A DNA stretch of 64,000 nt, from assembly GCF_006345805.1 (NCBI RefSeq), contig NC_043006.1, positions 18,910,001-18,974,000 of the forward strand. Direction: 5' to 3'. This DNA comes from Octopus sinensis (lineage: Eukaryota). Position 1 is the first letter of the stretch. Each line of letters begins with the position of its first letter. A model generated the notes under the pieces. The model had not been told where the DNA came from and ran no database searches. It saw nothing but the letters and a program-made list of their open reading frames with translations. Positions 37,561 through 50,739 of this stretch are shown piece after piece. Both the position numbers and the translations under genes were made by a program.

Positions 37561-39832
37561 CTGCTCCTAATTTGAATCCCCTGTCTCTTTATATGTAGAT
37601 TATATATATATTTCTTCATCGTTTTCTATAAATGCTTATTAATTTGTTTTCTTATTTTGATGTCCGTACTTATTAAACTCTTATCCCTTGTAAATTGTCG
37701 TTTTTCTTATTCTCAAATTGATATTTTTCAGTTACTTATGTCTATGCAAAATACTTATACTATATACATGTAAGCGTATTTGTGTTTATGTATATATATA
37801 TGCATATATGCACACATATATATGTGTGTATATGCACATATGCATATATATATATATATATATATAATATACCTTCTTTGTATCTGTATCTGTATGCATT
37901 ATTTTACACTTTACACATACTTATATCAGCACATATTTTTCGAGTAATTATATTTTTTATACTTTAGATTATATAATTTTACTTTAAATATGTCTATGTA
38001 TTACCATTATCGCAATATCTCGCTTTTGACTCAAGGCTTAAAATTAATAGATAATACATACATACACATATATGGAGAGACATATCTTCACATCAAGATA
38101 AATACATATATCCTAAGTTATATACTCAAACATTTTTAAAAACTGTCTGATATGTATAGTATTAAAATGCTAAAATGAGGAAATTGCACAATAAATTGAT
38201 ATAACATAATTATATGCGTGAATAAACCATGAAAATTAAAATAAACTTCCGCGAAAGTTAAGCTTAAATTCGTAAAACAGTCGAAGGCTATCTTATAAGT
38301 GAAGTCGAAATATGGACTGGCATTATAATACAACAAAAGGTTTAAAGTCAAATTGAAATGCGACAGTCAATATTTTCCGAAAGTCAAAACATTTTACCTA
38401 TACGGTACTTTATCGGTTGACATTTTAAACCACTCAGCGTACCTACAAGAATTAAAGGGCTCGCGTTTCTGGGTCAAAGCATGCTTGTCCTAGAACAGGA
38501 TGAAGATCTTTTCGTAGGGAGCAAATACTACATTTATTAAGTTTCATGTCTGTGTGATGATGCTTTTTGTAGAATTCCCAGTTTACATTGAAATGATGGG
38601 TGTCGATCCCTTTCAATTCCTAGACAAGTTTTGCAAGACTAGTTACTGTCCTATTCTCAGAGAATCGGAAATAATTTCGGTGGGAATAAAACCGAGTCTT
38701 GAATGAATTTTCCGAAGCCCCTATATAACTCTTATATTCTTGCGAGCCATCGACTTGCACTTTAGTTCTATAAACGATTCCTTTTTCTAGACATTTACCT
38801 TCCCAGGGACAGCAAGTCTTATCTTTGAAGTTGCAGTTCCTCAGATTAGATTCGGTACTGTGGTTGTTTGTAATAATTATTGTATTATTCTGATTAATAA
38901 TCGAGGCGAAGTTTTTGCAACAAGAATAGCTAACTTTCAGTGTTCTCCTATTAAAAATTCTATAGAACTTATGGCTTGATTGAAAATGTTTAGAAACTAA
39001 TTTAAGGAATTCCCTACTTATATTAGTTTATACCACAATATTACATGCGGGGTTAAATTACAAAACTTTCCTAGCTATATTTCTACGTGGTCTATTATTG
39101 TTAGAATTAGCTTCGCTATATTGGTTCTTCTCCGAGAATTCACTTTTTTGATGTATTATTATAATATGGAACGTTATTTCGAAATGCTGTCTCATCGGGA
39201 GAAATTCATGATATTCACCTTCCTACATTACTAACTAGATTCTTAAGAATTACGGGTGAATCATTAGATTCTTTGTTAATACAACATAGCTTTTCATTGC
39301 GCTTGCGGTAGGGTTTAAAATTATCTAATTGCAAATTGAAGTTTTAGAAAATTTAAGTCTAAATATCAACATTATTACGGTTACTTTCTATAGTAATCCA
39401 TAAGCACATTCTTTGGAAGAAGATAATCAGATTCTTCCTAAGTTTATTTAACTGGTGTTTGTTTAAATTATGGGTGACTATAACACTGTCATCCCTGTAT
39501 AATCCTGCATTTAATAAGGGGAATTCTAGATGCAATTGTTTTGAAGCCTAAATGTTATAAGGATGTTGCTCGCACGTGTTCTTTCGGTACGAATTATTGC
39601 TACATAATTATGCATTGTTTTAGCGATCTCACTGACGAACTACATAAGTCAAAATTAATTTATTTGTTCATTAACAGGGAAACTCGAGTATGTGATTAAC
39701 TAAAAAGAATATTTCCTCTTTTTCTAGTGTTGTATCAGCATACCTTTTGAAGTATCTTTTAGTGGTTGGTTTTAACTACCCTTCCTAACATGTCTTTGTG
39801 TGTATATACCGTTATACACTTCATATATGAAA

Positions 39833-39898
<66 letters not shown>

Positions 39899-39978
39899 GT
39901 GTATATATATATATATATATGTGTGTGTGTATATATATGTGTGTATATACCGTTATACACTTCATATATGAAAATATG

Positions 39979-40017
<39 letters not shown>

Positions 40018-41795
40018 TATATATATATAGGGAGAAAGCGGGGGAAAGTGATTGGAGATTGAAAAGACTCGTGCGATAATAAGGCAGAACAGATATTTTT
40101 ACAAGGTCTGCAAAACAGCATATATAAGTTATTTAGCAGAAACAGCCTTGTGTCTGAAGATTTTAAGCTTAATTACTTCCAAGTTGATTTGATTTTTTAA
40201 ATACTCAAATTATGTTATTGCATTATATCAATTTATAAGTTTCGATGTGACGCCTCCGAATAAATCAAGAGTAACATCAATGAGTATTATTAAGTCATGC
40301 TGTTTATTAGAGGCTGTCTGCATTAGAAATGGTTGGAAAATATTTCAGATCGTGACATACCGGTTATAGAAAGTTTCAAGAAACAAATTCGAATTAATTG
40401 ATGAGTGTCAGAGTAATTAGTCATAACAAGAGTTTATACATTTACTTAGTAATTAAAACATCAGATTGTGGGTTGCAAGTTTCAAGAAGACAATTATACA
40501 CACATGCACATACACACACACACACACTCTCTCACACACACTCACGCGAACGTGCACATACAAATGTATGCCCGCAGACACACAGGTCGTGTCGTCTACG
40601 TACAGACATATACACATAGGTACATACGCGCATAATGTACGGATATTTTACATGCCAAATGCGCAAGGGAATACCGATATTAATAATTGTATGAATGTCA
40701 GTTTATCTAGAGTGATGTGGGAGTCTGTTGCTTACATTAGCGTCAATGAAGACTGGATATATATTATATTATATGCTCACAGCAGTTTGATTAATATGCA
40801 TCCTTGACCTCTTCTGTAATATTGGAAGCATAATGTTGTTACTTAATGAAACATTCTCGCTTTTCAAATAAATTGACGGACAGCAAATATAGAAATTGCC
40901 ACACAGCGATAATGTCATATATGTATAATTTTTTTAATACAGAGAAATGAAATCTACTAGTCAAGGCTAGGGTTTTATGGTCGATATATCTTTCAATATC
41001 GCTTCACAACTTAGTGTTAGAGAAATAAGAATAGAGTTATGATAATTGGATGTAATTTATCTACTTATATAACCCCTCTTTCTGTATATGTACACGTATG
41101 TATGAGTGTGATGCAAGTAGTTATTCAAACGTGACACTCATCTAGAAAACAAGTCTAATAGTGACAGACAGATATAGACAGGAAGACGACATAAAGAGAA
41201 GAAAAAAACTGACAAACAAATGGAAAACTTGGCAATATGAAAGGGTTAAATATTCATGAAAATATCATATTCTGTATATTTCTGTAAGAAGAAATAAACA
41301 TAAAAATGTCTACTGTCAGGTGAAAGTAATTAAAATTGCCAAGGTTTCATTGAAATACTATTGAAGTACTGGAGGAAAGGAACATGTGAAGAAGTAGAAT
41401 CCGTTGTTAATGAAAATCAGTAGCAAAATGGATTACAAGTAGGCTAACATCATAGCAGTGAAATAGTGTTGTAGGTGTTGTTGATGTTGTTGCTTATCGT
41501 CGTAGCTGAAATTGCTTTACAAGCTCCGTTATCTTGTAAACTGCTTTCCGTTCCAGAGGGTTGTATTTATTTTTTTTCATCGTTTATAATTTAACTTAGT
41601 TCCGTGAAATTGACTACGGTTACGCTGGGGGTACAAGCTTGAAGAGTTCTAGTCGAAGAAATCGATCGTAGGACTCATTATTTTAAAGCCTCGTACTTAT
41701 TCTAACGGTTTCTCTTGCCGAACAGGTTGTCAAGCGGTGGTGGAGAACAAACACGAACACAAAGACACACACATACACACACACACACACATACA

Positions 41796-42165
41796 TATTT
41801 TTTACTACCCACAAGGGGTTAAACATAGAGGAGACAAACAAGGACAGACAAACGGATTAAGTCGATTATATCGATCCCAGTGCGTAACTGGTACTTATTT
41901 AATCAATCCCGAAAGGATGAAATGCAAAGTCGACCTCGACGGAATTTGAACTCCGAATGTAGCGGCAGACGAAATACCTATTTCTTTACTATCCGCAAGT
42001 CGCTAAACACAGAGGGGACAAACAAGGACAGACAAACGAATTAAGTCGATTACATCGACCCCAGTGCGTAATTGGTACTTAATTTATCGACCTCGAAAGG
42101 ATGAAAGGCAAAGTCAACCTCGGTGGAATTTGAACTCAGAACGTAACGGCAGACGAAATACCGCT
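41796..42165 (-). mobile_element. SINE C dimer, head replaced
   Basis: Two bodies joined at GACGAAATACC|TATTTC (41978/41979). Confidence 0.9.
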
Positions 42166-42256
42166 CAGCCACTTACACGTTAATTTCACGAGCAGGCTGT
42201 TCCGTTGATTCGGATCAACCGGAACCCTCGTCGTCGTAACTGACGGAGTGCTTCCA
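42163..42256 (+). mobile_element. 3' fragment of SINE A fused in opposite orientation to the SINE C dimer
   Basis: GCTCAGCCACTTACACG...GGAGTGCTTCCA; a GCT trinucleotide is shared at the junction. Confidence 0.88.
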
Positions 42257-44152
42257 AATATAGTTTGTAGCTTAGAAGAACCCGTGATTAATAAACCTTA
42301 ATAAGTTACTTTAAGATTATCTATACATATATTCTATAGAAATTAGAGCCAGCATTGATTTTTGTTGCTACGTTTTGTATACAAAAAGACAGGTGTGAAC
42401 AAACAAGTTTTCATCCTCGATCTCATTGTTTGTTTACATCTGACAAAAATCAGTGCTGGTTATAATCTCTATAGAGTATCTGTAAGGATAACTATAACAA
42501 AGTAATGGAGTTTTGACTTTTTAAAAACGTTTAATATACTTTATAGTATATTATGGCTGCATATCGAAATATCACGTACCTACAAGTCATTAATACCTTA
42601 ACACAATACCATTTTCGACATCGGAAGTTTTTGTTGTGAAACTATGTTTTTTAAGTTATTAACTTTGGTTCAAGTGTTTGGAGTGGAGAATCGCTTTATA
42701 ATGAAATCGGCAATTCTTTGTCATAAAATATGTTTCTTCTTATTTCTGAGCAGTTTTTATTTTCTTTTTTATTAAGCATTTTTTAAAATTATTATTTTGA
42801 AGCATTTCTTTCTGAAATTGCTTTTCGTCTAGATTGCAAACGTTTAGTTTTCTTCCCTGCCACTTACACAGCGGTTGTTGATTATTGATTACGAATTGTC
42901 ACATGCTTTCATAGACTTTGGCTATGCTATATGTGAGTGTTTGATATCTTCGCTCCTGTAGTGAAAATGATTTTTATCTCAAGTTAGCTTACTGAAATTA
43001 GAAAACATTATTCACAAAGCTCAATTTTAAATTTATATATGTACTGCATAGTCATCTTTGTACGATCTCTGTGATATGGAATATATGAAACTTGCGTAAT
43101 GGTGATCCCGATGGCTATGAAGTTGACGGTTTGTTTACGAATTCACACTTCTTTTCAGCAGTTTCTCTTTTCTGGTGTTGAGTTTGTTCAGAAACTTGAC
43201 TGCTATCACTGAAATTTGAATAATTACTGTCTGTCACAGAGATGCAACGAAATATATCTGTTGTGGAATAAACCTAGCTATATTTCCTGAAGTGTTATGT
43301 GGTTTACGTTTCGTTGGATTTCGTACAAGTAATTCATTAACGACTTAATGTAATTGATAGAGGAATTTTCACGTGCTTTTTGATGGCGCTGTTGATTGAA
43401 TCTTGATTTCAAATTAAGTAGTAATGTAGGTTTACTGTTGGTGTTGATGCGTATCTGTTTCAAGTGAAAAATAACGAGAAAAGTGTTTTATATAATCTAA
43501 ATCTAAATAGCGTTAAACTGTCGTTTTTGTTACATATACAAGATTTGCTAATTTTACTGTGAGAGATCAATATATTTGTAGATGAAAATCTTCAAAAACC
43601 TTCCACATAAACATGTTCTAATACAATCATTTGGGCATGATACATATTAATTATTATATCACACATTTCAATCAATACTATCAATTATCGAGAATTTCCA
43701 ACGTTCGAACCGTTTATTCAATACATTTATCAGTCTGAATTACAAGAGTCTCGCATCCGCACCTTTTTTTTTCTTTTTTTTTACACTTACGACTGTTTAT
43801 ATATGCGGCAGCTATATATCAGGGAAAGATATACTCAGATATTTATACACGCATACTCACTCATATATTTCAGGGAAAACTCGACTGTAGTCTAATTTTC
43901 ATAGTTCTACTGTAATAAATGTGTAAGGACAATAATATTCATAAATTAATTATCAGCGTTTCTAGATTTACTCCGATTCATCTCCAGGATGTGATGAATT
44001 ACCGTAGGGAGGGATCGGCCATAAAATAAAGCAATCTCACGCAGCTCACTATGCACTTAAAGCAAGAAACGATTGCAGCAGTTTACTCTGAAGATCATAA
44101 AACAAAACCAGATAAGAAAACATTAGTAAACATTTCTATACATTTATTATAT

Positions 44153-44537
44153 GTGGAAGCACTCCGTCGGTTACGACGATGAGGGTTCCGGTTGATCCGA
44201 ATCAACGGAACAGCCTGCTATTAAATTAACGTGTAAGTGGCTGAGCACTCCACAGACACGTGCACCCTTAACGTAGTTCTCGGGGATATTCAGCGTGACA
44301 CAGTGAGTGACAAGGCCGGCCCCTTGAAATACAGGTACAACAGAAACAAGTAGTAAGAGTGAGAGAAAGTTGTGGTGAAAGAGTACAGCAGGGATCACCA
44401 CTATCCCCTGCCGGAGTCTCGTGGAGCTTTTAGGTGTTTTCGCTCAATAAACACTCACAACGCCCGGTCTGGGAATCGAAACGACGATTCTATGACCGCG
44501 AGTCCGCTGCCCTTACCACTGGGCCATTGCGCCTCCA
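44153..44537 (-). mobile_element. SINE family A
   Basis: Full length; TSD ACATTTATTATAT. Confidence 0.95.
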
Positions 44538-46334
44538 CATTTATTATATATAGACTTCCCCACAAAAATATCACATCACATGCTGAAGAAACCCACAGAC
44601 AGCACATGTATACATGTGTCACAAGCAAAATAACACTGGAAATGAGGAAATATAACGGCAAAATTGAAACAGTAAACAAAAGTCACATTCACTTACCGTA
44701 AAGCAAGTTCCTATACACATTGATAACACCTCACATTCTCAAGATGGGATGGAGAAATTCTAGAATAATTAAAGATTGATCTCATAATATTATTGTTATA
44801 AGCGTGTCCGTGGTACAAAAGTGGGCAAACACCTTAATTATAACATGGTCGTGTTTTTATACGCGCCTAAAAGAAAAATTATCCCTCATGTAATGTATTA
44901 CAAATATACACACACACACGCACACGCGTATATATGCATACGTACACATGAGCATATATGCACACATAGACACACACGCGCACGTGACATGTTTCCCCAC
45001 AGAGTTTGGCTACAATATTCTCACTCACATTATTGTTTAACTCGAGGCTTTAGCTAAAGACAATCATCCAAAGTGTTGAATGGCTGGAAAGAATCATGAA
45101 CTATTCAGTTGTGAAATGTTTTATTTCAACGGAATAATATATACCGAAGGTATTCTAAGAAGCGACCGTATACAATGAATCGATTGCTAATGATCTACAA
45201 TTATCATCCTGTGGTTGTTCTTTAGTCACAAGTCTCTTCTCGTCTAGGAAACCAAAAGAAAAGTCAACCCACCCGTGGCTATACCGTCATCCTTCGACCG
45301 TGGTTGTAGAAGTATAATTATATATTGCAGGTTTATATTTTTGAGAAGATAGTACTTCATTTGCAGGAGAATTTGTTGATTTGACTCACTGGTTTTCGAC
45401 CTCATTAAATTCATAACATATTTTGTTTGATTTAATACGAGGCATAATTATGTTTGCGTTTCATACAGAAATTTAATACCAGTGTTATTCTGCCTGTCAT
45501 ATATTATACCTGTGTTTATCAACAAGAACAAAATATGAATTAATATGCTGTGATACCAAACGATCATCGAAAGCTGGCTAGCTTCAAAGAATTACTGCAA
45601 CGGATTTTGAGATCCCCCACCCTTTCTCCAGCATTTCGCAGCATCATAGAATTGCTTTTGCCCAATATTTGAACTAGTTCCAATATAAAGAAACTTGAAA
45701 ATTACCGATACTTTTAAGTAGGAAACGCATTACATTTCGTTGATAAAACAAAATGGATAAAACAATCAGATTTCAATATTAAGTGAAAATCGCCAGCGCT
45801 ATATTTCCTGCAGTATGTGAGATACTTTAGAATTCGCTTGGTTTTGACGAGGCGAAATAATTGTTAACGTTAATGAGTAGGAAAACGTTTTAACTGTCAA
45901 TGACTGACATACAGCTAGAAGAACGTGAAGTATGTTTTGACGGTGATTAAACAAATCGAAAGATTTCCTGTTAAACTTAGCAAGAATGTTGTAAATATCA
46001 AAATAATCAATTTCTTTTATCCAGTGTCAGTAGATCACGATTTAATCTTTAATGTTGCAAGTATTTCAAATATTAAATTCATGCCCCAAATACGTCATTC
46101 ATTTGATATCACATCAACCTCATATCAAATATTTAACACAAAGAGGACAGAAGTTATGTAAGTGCAATACAGATGAGTTATCGTTGTTGCTTATCCCCAG
46201 ACAGTTCTGGTCGAGGAAACCTATAATCAAATGTATTTTAATCGAGACCATCCAGTCTATTTAGTACTACAAGGTCAATAATTTCTTCCTTTATTAAGAC
46301 GAAAAGCTATTATTAGAGTAAAAATATATGTGTA

Positions 46335-47250
46335 TACGAGGGTCGTACTGTAACTACTGCAGAAGTGGAAATATCTGTTAATTAAGTGATACAGGTCGTT
46401 CCAGTTGCACGTGTTGGTTGAGTGACTCATTTTATTCACTCTTGATGTCCTTCTGCATTGCAAAGACATAATGAGCCCCCAGAAATAGCTCCCTGCCATC
46501 GTTGAGTTGTTGAAGTTGGAGAAGTGCAGGTTGGCCGCCATCAATACACAGGAAGAGTTTGTTTAGAGAGAGGCTAGCACTGACGAGAGTAATGTGTACA
46601 AATGGATAGAGAAGTCTTAAGAAGAACGAACAAACACTAAAACCATGAAATCGTTCTGTGGGAGACCGTCAACCGACATCAGTCGACCACTGGCATGAAA
46701 CGACTGCGGAAATACGAATAGATTCGCGTAGAGAGATGAGTCATAATTGTGAGCTTGTTTGACAATTAGACTGTGGTAACAATACATTACAGAAGTTGAT
46801 GAGAGGATTGAGGTGGCTGAAAATGAGTGCAAAGCGTGTACCTCTACACACGATTTTCAGCAGAGAAACATGAAAGTGTGCTCTGATATGCTGAAAACGT
46901 TTTAAACGAATGAACACACGACGATTTCGGATCTGGTGACAGGAGATGAAAGGTGGGCTAAATTTATGATATCGATACAACGGTTCATCTCTTCTCCAAT
47001 GCTTTAGAAGTCCAAGCTTCTGTGACCAAGCGGTACACAAAGCCATGGTGACTGTTTTTCAGGATAATAATAGCATTATTCTTCCTGATTTTCTGAAATG
47101 TGGTTGTACTGTCGGCAACAAACGTTACATTGAGAAACTAAAAGGGCACAGAGAAGGCATTAGAGTGAGGAGGCCGCAACAAAATATCTGAAAATGGTCC
47201 ATATTCACTATGACAATTCGTAACCACAGATATTTTTGGCAACAAATTAG
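46335..47250 (+). mobile_element. Degenerate mariner (DD34D-type) element, 3' end missing
   Basis: Starts TA|CGAGGGTCG (mariner-type TIR start); VTGDERWAKFYD, AMVTVF...DFLKCGCTV, HYDNS*P (HDNARPH-like). Confidence 0.8.
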
Positions 47251-48039
47251 GTTGCCAAAAATAAAGCAGCTGGAGATATCTTCCTGGGATTAAACAGCAG
47301 TATTATAACCTCTTAGAGAACACCTACGTTAAAGTGTCGGTAAAACTATCTTTTGGTTCGTAAACTGCATTTTATCTCGAACAGAGATTTTCTAACGGAC
47401 TAGTTTCCTAGTTTAAAAATTGAATATCTACAAGTTTTTGTGAATATTTAAAAATTTTCTCTGATTATTCAAACATGCTAAATGCCTCCGGCTATCTAAT
47501 CAGAAGAAGTGACACGCTGCGAGTACATATTTTTTTAATTTCTACTAGCTTTTCGAACAAACAGACATTCCTCTTCCATAGCCAAGAAAAACTGAAGCAC
47601 TACCAAAATCTCAAAACTCGGAACACGTTTCAGAACTGATAATTGATGCAGAAGATAAGCGACTGGCGTATTTACAAACTGCTCAATTACGAAAACTGCA
47701 AATCACTGCAAATCTTCGCTTAATACTGTGAAAAAAATTCAGCAGTGAGTATATCTATCTTTTTATCGGTAATTAAAAGAGAACTGTGTTAATCGGTTCT
47801 CTTCAAAATCTATCATCACTCTCATTAATCACAGGAGTAGTTACTCGTACGTACTACCCTAACAACATATTTTGACCTTTGCTGAGCACATTGGTGCAAT
47901 CACACCTTTGGTAGCTCCTGGTCAACATCTCTTGAATCTGTTTATAGTCAGATGATACCTAACTATCAAAATTTCCCAGACTAGGTATGTTTGATAAAAA
48001 TAATAACTTAATCAACTAAATTTTAACATCTTCTTCGAA

Positions 48040-48650
48040 ATAGTCACCTTGCGCAGCACTACACCGGTCCCAGCGATCCTGCCACTTTTGCTTTTCGGGC
48101 TGGATACGAATCAAAGACCTTTTGCCATTGCTCTTGATTTCCACAATGGTGTTAAAACGGGCATTTGAGCTACGCTTTCATCTTAGGGAAGGGATGGATT
48201 TCTGCAGCTGTTACAGCTGCTACAACTGGGGCGGGTGTGGAAGCGAAACAATGTTGTTTTTTGGTGAGAAATTCACGTGTTAGGAGTGCTTGGTGACAGG
48301 GTGTTTTATAATTTGATGCCAATATTACTTGACCAGACAGTTTAAGTGCCGAACCAAATAGTAATTCTGCCGTGGAGTAATCTAGGTCTTTCTTAACACC
48401 GATACCTGATCGTAATAACACAGGACCCCTGACCTTGTATCCTAATTGGAATATGCTAGTAATTCTGCTTTAAGTTGTCGATGAAAACTTTCTATGATTC
48501 CGTTAGACGTGGGGTCGTAAGCTGTAGAATGAATTCGACGCTTACTTAGCAGACTAGATAAGTTGGCAAAAAGACTTGCTTCGAACTGACAACACTTGTC
48601 GGTTTATTGTCACAGGACCTATTTTCAAAACATAAACAAAGCGATTTATA
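48040..48650 (-). pseudogene. gypsy (CsRn1/Saci-like) integrase fragment
   Basis: ...QFEAS..., TAYDPTSNGIIESFHRQLKA (TAYHP.SNG.VERFHR motif), LLRSGIGVKKDLDYSTAELLFGSALKLSGQ. Confidence 0.8.
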
Positions 48651-48991
48651 ACTGCTAAAACAAACACGAGACACATTTACAGCATGGCCGCAGCTCTGAG
48701 CTGAAACTAGAGAGAAAAAGAAGATAACACCAGGAATTCAAAATTGCATCGCCACGGATGTATTTTAAGTTTCTCATAAGAGATAATATAATACAAATAT
48801 GAAATAAGGATATACATAGAAATGTTGGAGTGAAAGAAAGAATATTTTTCTAAAAAAGAGACAATTATGCGACGCCTCTGAATGACAGTTTTTAAAACAA
48901 TATGAATTCGGCTTTGAATACATTTATCTTATCAAACACAACGTACAATGGTGTTTAGAAAAGACAAAACTAATCGATTAAACTTGCATTG

Positions 48992-49082
<91 letters not shown>

Positions 49083-49090
49083 TATATATA

Positions 49091-50241
49091 AGATATCTAA
49101 GACCTTGTGGTAGGTAACCACTGACAAACCGGAAAGACGGTTAGGCATCTTGGAAAGACAAGAGGACTGCTCGGAAAGACCAGCGGACAATAGGAAAGAC
49201 TATTGACACCAGGAAAGACTGGCGGAGGCTGCGGACTTACGATCCTCGCCTCTGTATTTTATTGTAACAGACATAACAGGAAATGACAGCCCTACGATTG
49301 ACCGAGAGGTGGGAGTCGAGAATCAATCAAACCCAGTCAGCACGGAAACGACCTTTGAAACGAACATGATTATTCATCCGAACAGCGAAAGAAATGCAAA
49401 CAACTTTGGATGCAAGCTGTGCTATAGAACCTTTGCAACTGAGAGAGGCCTGAAGATACATCAGGAAAAGACTTGTGAGAAGATGACAGAGCAGTGTGGA
49501 TCGTCAGATCGTAAAACACGTGGCAAATCATCCCCGGACTCAAACCACAGCGGATAGATAAATGCTACAGCAGAGAACTCTTCACGTGAAGAAACTACAA
49601 GTCATGAAACTGGTGCATCGGATAATACTCAGAGGAAACCGAGGGTTTGTGGCCTGCTGCTAATGAGAAAGTAAAATATAAAGAGTTTGAAAACAAGGTT
49701 TGTCGGGCTCTTTATAAAATGACAGGCTCTACAGTGGAGAAACTGGGAAAATTATCAAGCTCAATATACGATATAGGAAGAGATTTATTTGGAATAAAAG
49801 AGAATATCCGACTAGAGAAAGGAAAGTGTGGACCAAGCAGGGTGAAGACGCAGGCTGGAAAGCGGAACATTTTCCTATCGAAGTCGGATGTAGAGGGTTT
49901 GTAGGACACAGCGTGAGACGACTGTTGTTATCGTTAGGCCTAACTCATCGTAAAGTCAATACCACCATGACTGATATCCAATCTACAGGGGAGAAGGCTA
50001 GCCACTGGATTTGGTTAAAAAGAGACGATGAGCGATGGCTAGAAGTATATTGAGTTCTTCATAACCAGCTGATCTAGCAAGCGGGGCCTCATATCAGTGA
50101 GGGGTGCCGGTGCGCATTGATGCCGTCGAGAGGTAGGCCCCGAAACAGCGCGCATTCTCTCCTGATGACCCCATACACTTGCCAGCTTCCGATATACGGA
50201 GCTTTTAACTGGTAGCACTTGCATGTGCAAGATGTTTGCAA
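49091..50241 (+). mobile_element. Internally deleted HERO-like (R2-group, REL) non-LTR element, flanked by (TA)n
   Basis: N-terminal zinc finger CKLCYRTFATERGLKIHQEKTC and WPAANEK...DLFG fused at about 49842 to C-terminal DAGWKAEHFPIEVGCRGF...ASHWIWLKRDDERW; RT absent. Confidence 0.8.
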
Positions 50242-50251
50242 GATATATATA

Positions 50252-50560
50252 TAGTTAATCTAAAAAAGAAAACACAAAAAAAACACAACAACGCGAGGAC
50301 GTGGAACAAATAAAGTATTATTAGACGCTCAGGAAAGAAGGGAAGAAGGAGGGTAAAACGTTTCGAGCGGAGCTCTTCGTCGGAAACATAGGAGAAGGAA
50401 AGATCCCAAGAAGGGAAGACAGAGGAAAAAATTCGCCAGCGGTACTCACGAGGTCACCTATTGAAAGACCGGAAGTAGAAAGGTGGAAGAATAATGTTTT
50501 TTAAAGACAGGAGAGTTTTCAAAGACAGTAGGTAGTATGTCAAAGACAAGGAAAGTGAGA
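50252..50560 (-). mobile_element. PLE-type pseudo-LTR fragment with hammerhead-like motif at about 50353-50390
   Basis: Minus strand GTTT-CCGACGA-A-GAGC-TCC-GCTC-GAAA-CGT-T; shares its terminus with 9973-10063. Confidence 0.65.
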
Positions 50561-50739
50561 GGGGGAATGTGTGTGGATGTGTGCGTGCGCGGAGGGCTGC
50601 GTGTGTATATGTGCAATAATGACACGTGTGTGTGTGTGTGTGCGTGTGTGTGTGTATGTGTGTAGGGCGAACAACTGGCTAGTAGCTGGCCAGTAGTAAG
50701 AATAAGGAGTGGTGTTTTTTGTGCCCAGCCACAGGTCAA

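Noticed and set aside
37950-39750. Repeat-poor unique stretch as a promoter or enhancer (similarly 42300-44100 and 45100-46330)
   Set aside because: Absence of recognisable repeats is the only evidence; no diagnostic motif or conservation data.
49131-49219. CRISPR-like array
   Set aside because: The repeat is only 8 bp with about 12-bp spacers, in a eukaryotic context with no cas genes; kept as a motif array instead.
49220-49260. HDV-like ribozyme in the HERO leader (contains TCCTCGC)
   Set aside because: Only a simple bulged hairpin is visible and I could not build the nested double pseudoknot. An RNArobo or Infernal scan would settle it.
50135-50175. GAAAC...CTGATGA in the HERO 3' UTR as a type-II hammerhead
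   Set aside because: The flanks are CCCC and CCCC, which cannot pair, and stem III does not form.
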